Assembly: GCA_018238545.1 (NCBI GenBank)
Contig: JABCTC010000027.1
Span: forward strand, 1-46,807
DNA length: 46,807 nt
Source: Candidatus Heimdallarchaeota archaeon
Lineage (GTDB): Archaea > Asgardarchaeota > Heimdallarchaeia > Heimdallarchaeales > Heimdallarchaeaceae
Reading direction: 5' to 3'
Shown in pieces: positions 20,076-28,600 of this stretch. The notes beneath the pieces were generated by a model. That model was not told the origin of the DNA and searched no databases. It was given only the letters and a program-made list of their open reading frames with translations. A program made the position numbers and the translations under genes. Position 1 is the first letter of the stretch. Each line of letters begins with the position of its first letter.

Positions 20076-20300
20076 ATGGGTATACAGAAGATTCTACCAA
20101 ATTCTGAATCTAGTGAGAGTGCGATACTAATCCATAAATATGGAGAAATTATCGCTCTAAGCTATTCTATGTATCAAGTAAAAATTTATCGCGAACCAGA
20201 AAGAAAAATTTTCACAACATGCATTGAAAGAGCATATAGTATATTACAGAATGAAGAAGAGATAATTAAAATGTCTAAAGAACCGCATTGTAGGTTCTAA
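20076..20300 (+). CDS. Small hypothetical protein (74 aa)
   Basis: Fills the gap between flanking genes. TTTTTATAT lies ~25 nt upstream of the ATG (leaderless geometry). No recognisable motif. Confidence 0.45.
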   Translation: MGIQKILPNSESSESAILIHKYGEIIALSYSMYQVKIYREPERKIFTTCIERAYSILQNEEEIIKMSKEPHCRF

Positions 20301-20320
20301 AAGAAAAGAAGAAAAAAGTT

Positions 20321-21553
20321 TTAGTTTATTGTAGCAAAAACTTTGTCTATGATGCCTAAAGCCCACTGAAGTTCCTTCTTAGATATAATTAAAGGTGGAG
20401 CAAAACGTATTGAGAATTCATGAGTTTCTTTAGCTAACACTCCAATTGGTGAGTTGTTCATTAATGCTTCAGTATAAGGTCGAGCTTTCTCAGAAAGTTC
20501 CAGAGCAATTAACAATCCTCTCCCACGAACTTCCTTGATTTTTTCTGGGTATTTTTTCTGAATTTCTTTGAGACCATCCATGAAAAATTTACCGAGATCT
20601 TTTGACGTTTGTGAAAAATCTTCGTCTACTAGAAGATCACACACAGCCTCTAAAACTGCCATACCAGCGCTGTTTCCGCCCCAAGTACTTCCATGAGAAC
20701 CGGGAGTAAGAACATCCATTATCTCCCAGCTAGATAGGACACCAGACACTGGGAAAACACCTCCTCCTACTGCTTTGGCAACAAGTGTCATATCAGGTTT
20801 TACTGATTCATGTTGACATGCTAAAAGTTCTCCAGCTCTACAGAAGCCAGTTTGTATTTCATCAGCTATCATGATTACATTGTTATCCTTACATATTTCC
20901 TGTACTTTCTTAATATAATCTTCAGGCGGTATAAGGACACCTGCTTCTCCTTGAATTGGTTCAAACATGAATGCTACTGTATTCTTCGTAATAGCTTTTT
21001 CTAGTGCTTCTGCATCTCCATAAGGTATAACCTTAAATCCAGGAGTTTTAGGACCAAATCCTGTATAAGCATCTGGATCTGTTGAAAAGCCAACAATTGT
21101 AATAGTTCTACCGTGAAAATTGTTTTCACACACTATTATCTCTGCTTTATCTTTTCCAACACCTTTTTTATCATAACCCCATTTTCGAGCGATTTTTAAT
21201 GCAGATTCAACTGCTTCGGCACCAGTGTTCATGGGTAAAAATGTTTCATATCCAGTTAATTCACATAGTTTCTTTGCAGCTGTTCCCATTGCATCATTGC
21301 AAAATGCTCGTGATGTTAGGATGACCTTGTCTAATTGTTTTTTCAACGCTTTTACCAATTTTGGATTACAATGTCCAAAATTTTGGCTTGAATAAGCGCT
21401 CAAACAATCCATATATTTCTTACCGTCAACATCCCACACCCAGATTCCCTTAGCTTTTTCAATAACAACAGGAATGGGTTTATAGTTGTGAGCTGTCCAT
21501 TTATCATCTAAATCAAGATAGAATTTAGATTGTGAACTATTATTTTTTGACAT
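20321..21553 (-). CDS. rocD: Ornithine--oxo-acid aminotransferase (class III PLP enzyme)
   Basis: AHNYKPIPVV, DCLSAYS..NFGHC, PMNTGAEAVE, NFHGRT, EPIQGEAGV, DEIQTG, PLP lysine in AKAVGGG, HGSTWGGN. Confidence 0.92.
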   Translation of the reverse strand: MSKNNSSQSKFYLDLDDKWTAHNYKPIPVVIEKAKGIWVWDVDGKKYMDCLSAYSSQNFGHCNPKLVKALKKQLDKVILTSRAFCNDAMGTAAKKLCELTGYETFLPMNTGAEAVESALKIARKWGYDKKGVGKDKAEIIVCENNFHGRTITIVGFSTDPDAYTGFGPKTPGFKVIPYGDAEALEKAITKNTVAFMFEPIQGEAGVLIPPEDYIKKVQEICKDNNVIMIADEIQTGFCRAGELLACQHESVKPDMTLVAKAVGGGVFPVSGVLSSWEIMDVLTPGSHGSTWGGNSAGMAVLEAVCDLLVDEDFSQTSKDLGKFFMDGLKEIQKKYPEKIKEVRGRGLLIALELSEKARPYTEALMNNSPIGVLAKETHEFSIRFAPPLIISKKELQWALGIIDKVFATIN

Positions 21554-21636
21554 AAGTATCACTTATAACTTCAAACAAATCTAGATTAGTTGATTTTTAA
21601 AATTTTAGATGAAAAGATAAAAGAAAAAGAATGAAG

Positions 21637-22626
21637 CTATCTTCTTTTCTTTCTAATAATAATGATAGCAGATAATGCAAGAATTGGTATAATACTGAAC
21701 CATGGATATGAAGCTCTATCAATTCCAATCATAATTTCCTGATCATCTAAATCAAAGACATTGTTCAATAAGAATATGATAAAGAAATCTAAAGTTTCTT
21801 GTGTTTCTCCCCAATCAACAGTTGTCATATCAATATAGAAATCTTCTGAGACATCTCCAAGTATAGAATGTAATGTAAGTATGATACTCATACCATTTGT
21901 AACTAAATGGACGTCTTCAAAATTTACTGAAATATCTTCAATCGAGATATTATACATACCTAATTCTTCTGTAATTGGGAGTTCATTGAAATATATTTCA
22001 TCTCCTGTTATCCAATTAAGTTCTTGTCCATTTATTAGAGAGGATAAACTAATCGTGCCATTAAGATAAGCTATTGGTTCTAAAGATAGTGATGCTCCTC
22101 CTACTTCTGGTATATCAAAGTTTACAACTATTGGTGAGAAGTTGATAGGAACGGTTATATTTTCTCCAATTATTGTTTCAAAGTTAGCAAAAGACACTGC
22201 AGAACCTTCCTCTATTGATATATGGATGTCATTTGTTAGTGATGTTGTAAGATCTATTGATCCATTAACACCTAGTGACACATTACCAACACTGCTACCT
22301 ATTTGAATACCATATGTTGAAATGTCATCATTGATTTCCTTACTCAAGTATCCGGTGAAATTCAGGGGAACGTTAACCTGAGATTGAAGCGTTAAATAAG
22401 GAGTTATTTCTAAACCTAAACTCTCATTCACAAAAGAGAACAATAGGTTGGTCTTGAAATCCTTGTTAAAATTCACCACAGTTGAAGAAAAGAACCAATC
22501 TGAAAGATCGTCTATCTCCCCTAATTCAAATTCAGCGAGTGTATAGTTGCTATCTAGTGACAGTGATACAGTTACTAGTAAAATCACAAACGTGAACCCT
22601 ACGATTATTTTATTCTTTGTCTGCAC
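21637..22626 (-). CDS. Acidic beta-rich cell-surface protein with signal peptide and C-terminal membrane anchor
   Basis: Signal-like MQTKNKIIVGFTFVILLVTVSLS (GTG 22626 preferred over 22677), several N-x-S/T sequons, ends ASYPWFSIIPILALSAIIIIRKKRR. Confidence 0.75.
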   Translation of the reverse strand: MQTKNKIIVGFTFVILLVTVSLSLDSNYTLAEFELGEIDDLSDWFFSSTVVNFNKDFKTNLLFSFVNESLGLEITPYLTLQSQVNVPLNFTGYLSKEINDDISTYGIQIGSSVGNVSLGVNGSIDLTTSLTNDIHISIEEGSAVSFANFETIIGENITVPINFSPIVVNFDIPEVGGASLSLEPIAYLNGTISLSSLINGQELNWITGDEIYFNELPITEELGMYNISIEDISVNFEDVHLVTNGMSIILTLHSILGDVSEDFYIDMTTVDWGETQETLDFFIIFLLNNVFDLDDQEIMIGIDRASYPWFSIIPILALSAIIIIRKKRR

Positions 22627-22727
22627 AATAATCTTCCCAAATATATAAAGTATACAACTTCTATAAAATCTTTCCATTCAACAATTATACCAAAAATATT
22701 TAAGAGATACCAACACTATTTTCTTGT

Positions 22728-23825
22728 ATGCCTAAAGAACCTAACATAACAAAAGAAGAAAGAAAAAAGGCGAGAGCAGAGAAAAGGGAGCTCCGGAAAA
22801 AGGAAAGAGCAAGAAAAAGAGCTTCCGGCGATAATGTAGTTAGGGAAAAGATTTGGAATGGGGTCAAAATTTTCTTCAAAGGTGTTTGGAAGGTAATTAA
22901 AGGCTTCTTCAAGTACGTATTATTTCCATTCTGGTACACAGGAGTATTAATGGTGAAAACAGTGAAATTCCTGCGAATCCGTAATGAAAAACCCTTAACT
23001 GTAGAAGACAAAAATTTCCTTTCTCTAATACCAACTTTATTCTTATCTATGAGTTTGAGTATTGCAGTGGTTTTCTTACTGTTCTATTTTCAAGTATTTG
23101 ATGACATTATTGATTTATTCCTCAATGATCAATTCTGGGCAGCTATAGGTCAAATATTTGTTGTAATTGGTGAAGGAATTTGGTGGTTACTTCTAGTAAT
23201 TTTCAGAGATTTCTTTTATGAATTGATTATTGTTCCAATTACCGCAGCTTTAACAGGTCACGATTGGATAACTGCTGTAGTGTTACTAGGCGGTTTAATC
23301 ATTTTATCAGGATTAGGAATCCTCATTTACAATTTCGCTAAAAGATCAACCTTATTTGAAAGGATTAAGAAAGCTCTCAAGAAAGTCTTTCTGCTACCAA
23401 AACGTTTCCACAACTATTTGCGTGAAGAGGTCGTTTTGAAGTATTTCATTGGTCATAGATATATTGAAAACAGAACTAAGAAGTTCTTCTGGCTCAATGT
23501 TCTAATACAATCTATTCTTACTCTTCTATTTGCTATTTTCTCCTTATATCTTGGTATAAGTAAGTATTTCCTATATAGAGGTGGGAATCTAGAAACTGGT
23601 TGGGATGGTTTAGATGTTATGAGATATGCATTGTTCGCGTCTCTGATACTTTTCCTATTAATAGGCATATTCTCAACATGGTTCTTCTCTTTTGTTCATG
23701 GAGTTTCAACTATGTCAGATGAAGAATATGAAGCAAATAAGAAAAGAAGAAAAGAAAAGAAGCAACAAAGACTTGAAGCAAAAAGTAAGAAACAAGAAGA
23801 AAAACAGACTACGCAAGAAGAATAA
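22728..23825 (+). CDS. Hypothetical polytopic membrane protein with highly charged termini
   Basis: 5-6 hydrophobic segments and K/R/E-rich helical tails at both ends. Confidence 0.75.
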   Translation: MPKEPNITKEERKKARAEKRELRKKERARKRASGDNVVREKIWNGVKIFFKGVWKVIKGFFKYVLFPFWYTGVLMVKTVKFLRIRNEKPLTVEDKNFLSLIPTLFLSMSLSIAVVFLLFYFQVFDDIIDLFLNDQFWAAIGQIFVVIGEGIWWLLLVIFRDFFYELIIVPITAALTGHDWITAVVLLGGLIILSGLGILIYNFAKRSTLFERIKKALKKVFLLPKRFHNYLREEVVLKYFIGHRYIENRTKKFFWLNVLIQSILTLLFAIFSLYLGISKYFLYRGGNLETGWDGLDVMRYALFASLILFLLIGIFSTWFFSFVHGVSTMSDEEYEANKKRRKEKKQQRLEAKSKKQEEKQTTQEE

Positions 23826-23929
23826 TGATATTTTTCTTCCCTTTCTTTTATTTTGACCCACTCATTCATATCTACGTAGGAAATTTTAAATGCTAGTTTT
23901 TGCTAGAGAATTCAATACGGGTGATTAAT

Positions 23930-24937
23930 ATGGTTTTAAGAGTTGGAATCAATGGGTTTGGTAGAATAGGGAGAGGGATTTTTAGAGCTGCTTATGATAA
24001 TCCAAACATCGAAGTTGTAGGAATTAATGATATTACTGATGCGGGCACACTAGGGCATCTGCTAAAGTATGATAGTGTTCACAAGATTTTCCCGCGTGAT
24101 GTAAGTAACACTGAAAATTCGATTATAGTTGATGGTGTTGAAATACCTATTTCTAAAGAAAGAGACCCCGCAAGCATTCCATGGGATGAATGGAAAGTTG
24201 ACATCGTTTTCGAATGCGTCGGCATTTTCCGAACATATGAACTAGCTTCAAAGCACTTGGAAAGAGGAGTAAAATACGTTCTTATCTCTGCACCGGATAA
24301 AGGAAAAATTAAACCTATTCCAACTTTTGTTCTTGGTGTAAACGAAGAACAGTTTAATCCTGCAGAACACAAAGTGATTTCAAACGCAAGTTGTACAACT
24401 AATTGTTATGCACCAATTACCAAATTACTAGATGAAAAATATGGGATTGTATCAGGATTTATGACAACAATTCATTCTTATACCACAGATCAGAGATTAC
24501 TTGATCTTCCTCATAGTGATTTGAGAAGAGCTAGATCAGCAACTCAATCTATGATACCAACATCAACAGGTGCTGCGACAGCAGTAGGTAAAGTGTTGCC
24601 ACATTTAGAAGGTAAGTTACAAGCAATATCTATACGTGTTCCTACACCAAATGTATCTTTAATTGATGCGATTTACACATTAAAGAAGGAGACATCTGTT
24701 GATGAGATAAATAATATGTTCACCGAAGCTGCAGAAGGTAAACTAAAAGGTGTTTTAGCAGTTTCTACATTACCATTGGTTTCTATAGATTATAATGGGT
24801 CACCTCAATCAGCAACAGTAGATTTACCTTTAACTATGTGTAACAAGAACCTGGTTAAGATTGTTGCATGGTATGATAATGAATCAGGTTATTCAAACAG
24901 AATGGTAGATCTTGCGCTATATGTAGCTAACAAATAA
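23930..24937 (+). CDS. gap: Glyceraldehyde-3-phosphate dehydrogenase, class I (bacterial/eukaryotic type)
   Basis: VGINGFGRIGR, LLKYDSVH, SNASCTTNC, IPTSTGAA, RVPTPNVS, WYDNESGYSNR. GGTGA upstream of ATG 23930. Confidence 0.96.
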   Translation: MVLRVGINGFGRIGRGIFRAAYDNPNIEVVGINDITDAGTLGHLLKYDSVHKIFPRDVSNTENSIIVDGVEIPISKERDPASIPWDEWKVDIVFECVGIFRTYELASKHLERGVKYVLISAPDKGKIKPIPTFVLGVNEEQFNPAEHKVISNASCTTNCYAPITKLLDEKYGIVSGFMTTIHSYTTDQRLLDLPHSDLRRARSATQSMIPTSTGAATAVGKVLPHLEGKLQAISIRVPTPNVSLIDAIYTLKKETSVDEINNMFTEAAEGKLKGVLAVSTLPLVSIDYNGSPQSATVDLPLTMCNKNLVKIVAWYDNESGYSNRMVDLALYVANK

Positions 24938-24941
24938 TGAG

Positions 24942-25316
24942 CTACATATCTTCCACACTTTTTTTCATTGCAATAAAAGCTTTGTAAAGACATTCAGAGC
25001 AATGTTTCGCTTCGGGATCCATAAATAGGATTACTTCTCTAGTGTTCATGTAAATCTTGCGAGGTATAGACATATCTCCAATCTTTATTCTTTTATTCTT
25101 TGTAGGGCAGAAAACAAAATCTTCTTTATCAGCTATCACAGCATTCAAGCAGTAGGAAGGGTTTTGAAACTCACTTATGTCAATTTTTTGCAGGTCTGCT
25201 TGATGCAGAAAATTAATTAGTATAACATCATCAAATTCGTCATCTAAAATACAGTAAGTTTCGTTGTCAACTTCTTTATGTAATGGACATGGTTGCATAA
25301 TCCACAATACTGGCAC
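24942..25316 (-). CDS. Small Cys/His-rich hypothetical protein, putative metal binder
   Basis: CPLH, YC, YC, FCP and HCSEC (6 Cys in 124 aa). TATA-like TTTTTATG ~30 nt upstream. Confidence 0.65.
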   Translation of the reverse strand: MPVLWIMQPCPLHKEVDNETYCILDDEFDDVILINFLHQADLQKIDISEFQNPSYCLNAVIADKEDFVFCPTKNKRIKIGDMSIPRKIYMNTREVILFMDPEAKHCSECLYKAFIAMKKSVEDM

Positions 25317-25508
25317 CTTGCTACATAACTTGAGAGGTCTTCACATAAAAAGATTACAGATTACTGCAAGCTGTAATAAAATAAATCAACAAAATTACAC
25401 TGAGAAAACTTTATATTAGTCTTCTGAGTATCTTTTCTTTAGTTAAATTACATTATTTGATTAAAAATATCTTATGATGGAATTTCATTAAATATAGGTG
25501 AAAAAAAA

Positions 25509-25577
25509 TTGGCAGCATCTGATAAAAGTCGATTAATTGCTTTCCTAGTTTCAAAGACGACGCAGGTAATGAACTAA
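25509..25577 (+). CDS. Candidate 22-aa peptide MAASDKSRLIAFLVSKTTQVMN (or a structured small RNA)
   Basis: BRE-TATA GAAAACTTTATA at 25404-25415, GGTGA at 25497-25501, TTG start, hairpin plus T-run directly after the stop. Confidence 0.3.
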   Translation: MAASDKSRLIAFLVSKTTQVMN

Positions 25578-25583
25578 GCAATT

Positions 25584-25627
25584 GGTAAAAAATACCCTAT
25601 TTTACCTTTTATTTTTTTAAAAAAAAG
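25584..25627. terminator. Probable bidirectional terminator
   Basis: GGTAAAA/TTTTACC inverted repeat (25584-25606) followed by T7 and A8 runs, between convergent transcription units. Confidence 0.45.
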
Positions 25628-25642
25628 ATGAAAATAGATTAA

Positions 25643-28600
25643 CTATTTTCTAATGGGTGGTCTGCTTCTAAATTCATAATAGATTTTAGTAATTTCTTTG
25701 ACTAGATCTTCATTGAAAGAAGCGATTAAAACAGGTTCACCAGAGGCCGTAGTATGTCCTAAGAATCCTTCCTCAATACCATCTCTTGTACCCATATAAG
25801 CAGTTAATTGAGGATCATCTTTTACTATAACATTACCCATCCCTAATAATTTATCTAGGATCGCATTATCTGCTTCAGTATGTACTGTAGTATTGGTTAC
25901 TATTTCTAGTTTCCTTCCAAAAGTATCTAAGAATTCAGCATCTATCCAGCTCAAATTAGGACAGATTATAGTTGCGGAGGATTTTGTATTTCTTAGAGTT
26001 GACATCATCGTGGAAAAGGTTTGTTCTTTACCATGTACTAGCCAGATATCTTCTATGGGGGCAGGTTCAACACCTTTGCCCAAATTGAGAACACTTCTAA
26101 GTAATTTCATTGATTCACCTGTAGCTTCTAAAACAATATCAATCTTTGATGGGATTGATTTCAGAATGCCTGTAATATTCGAATCAACTTTATCTATTTC
26201 CTTCAGTGAACTTGAGATGAATTCTTCTTTGAATGTTTGCAGCTTCAATGAATATTCATCTTTGGTAGAAGTAGAGGCTTTTGAATTTTCTAGAGCTTTA
26301 TTCATCTTCTCAGCTATAACTCCATAGAATGTTTCAAAGATATCATCAACAGCTTGTTCAACTCCTTTAAGATCTTTATCTACAGTCTCATGAACTGAAG
26401 ATGAGGTGTCAAGTAACGAATCTTTTGTACTTTGGATATTTGTCACTAAAGCTGAAGAATTGGAATCTGAACTTGACACTAGTGAGTTGATTTGGTGACT
26501 AACATTCAGCTGGAAGTCATTACCCTCCTTCTCAAATGCGTCTTCAACAGATACTATACTTTTATCATATTCGCTTGAAATATTTGCATAAACTTTTTCC
26601 AAATCTTTCTTAGTTTCTTCATACAACTCGTCTAGAATTGCTTGTGCTTGAGAATGGTAATCATTTATTGCTGAGGTAAGATTTGATGCGAATATAGCGT
26701 TATCACTATCTAACCACTCAGGGTAAGATTCAGTAAGTTTGTTGAGTTCTGCTTTTGCTTCATTAATTGCATTATCTAACGAAGATGCTTTTTTAGGTGA
26801 AACACTTAAATCTGCTAACAAACCTTCTGAACTCTCCATAAACGCTTGTACTTCTTGATTAACAGAATCACGAATTTGCTCACCTACTACCTCTGTTTGT
26901 TGACTGTAACTTGCTGAGGCTTCATCTAGAGTAACAGACACATCTGTATCCAGAGCTTTCTTTGCTCCCTCAAATTCTGACTGGAGCATCTTCATGTTGC
27001 CATCCATTGAAGTAGCTACACTTTTTACAAGTGTTGAGTGGTCATCAATGTTAGTTTTAATTGTCTCTTGTAGTTTTTGCATTACTTCATCATTATTTAC
27101 TCGCATAGTGCTGAAAATTTCTTCTTTAGAGGAAAGTAATCCTTGTAAACCTTCTTCAATGTGTAGTTGCATTTTTGTTTTTTCTACTTCACCCTCTTCA
27201 TCACCTATAACTGACTCTCCTGCTTTTATCACTTCATCAAGATATTTGCCAGTTTTATTGATAATTGCTTGGAAAGAGTTGGTTGCATTATCTGTAATCA
27301 GCTTATTTGTTTTTTCTAATTCCTTGAAGGTAGTATTTAGCTTCTTACTTATTTCACTCTCTGAATCACTCATTGTTTGAAGAATTGTAGTTTTAGATGT
27401 GTTAATTTTCTCTTTCTCACCATCTAGAAGCTTCACTACATTTGAAACAAATGAATTAGAGTTCTTTGTCAATGTATCAATTTGTACTTGATATAGATCC
27501 TGAACCTTTTCTGGAGTGGTTATTTCATTAATAGTATTTGTTAAGCTACTTGTTGCTTCCTCAACCTTACTCTTCAAAGAGTTTATTGATTCATGCTCAT
27601 TACCAACAATGCTGCCAAGAGCCTGAGTGTTGGTATCTTGCAATTCAGTAAAACTTGTTTCATATGTGGTGAAAGTAGTATCGATTCTTTCCTTCATGCT
27701 ATCGTATGATTCTCTAAGCTGATTTGTAATCTCATCTTTAGCTTTCTCTATTTTTTGACTAATGTCCTCTACTTCTGAATCCGACAATTGTGAAAGGGCG
27801 TCTATACGGCTATTCATCTTGTTAAAAATATCAGTTGAAAGACTCTCCATTGAGCTAGTGAATGTTTTAATAACTTCAGCAATTTTACTTTCCGTATTAT
27901 ACTTCAAGTTATTAATATCAGCAATCATGGTTCCGATTAAATGAGCCATTCTGGGACCAGCTTCTTTTCCAAAAACTTTCTGTAATTGCTTTTGATCCAG
28001 GTCTTGGAAGGCTTCATTAATTTCAGTTAGTTTAGCAACAGAGGCTTTAAACTGATCATCGAGTTCTTGAACACTTTCAAGGCTTGATTGATAATTAATT
28101 TGAACTAAATTAGGTACCTCATCTCTAACATCTCTACCATTCTTAGCAAATTCTTCAGAAAATGATATAATTCTTGTCTTAATTTCCTCATTTTTAGTAT
28201 CCATGAAACTGTTCACAGTAGTTGTATTAGTATCAATATTCTCTTTGATATCTGACAAAGCAATGGTTTTAAGTTCGTTAAGATGGGTAAGATAGTTTTC
28301 TTTGAACTCAGTGTGAGTGGAAGTAAACTTCTTCTTGCTAGCGTTCATTTTTTTGGAGTAGCTGTCAATAGTTAAAGAGATGCTAGTAACATATTCTGAT
28401 GAAGCCAGCTCAAATGATGATACTGTATTGGATAAGAAGTTCAACATCGTTTCTTGGTTTGCCAAAACATCTTTCTCAAGCTTTTTGAGATAACCTTGCT
28501 CCTTTTTCTTTACAGAAGTTAAAGCAATATCGGTCTCTGTATGTATCTCTGCTGCTACATCAGTCAGTTTTGTGTTGCTTTGTTGAATGGATTCCTTAAT

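Noticed and set aside
25474-25522. Box C/D sRNA (ATGATGG ... CTGA)
   Set aside because: Box C is imperfect, there are no C'/D' boxes, and the would-be guide is mostly an A-run.
25643-26055. Active PLD nuclease effector (defence system)
   Set aside because: The HxK(x4)D motif is absent (the equivalent strand reads AYMGTRD), so nuclease activity is unsupported.
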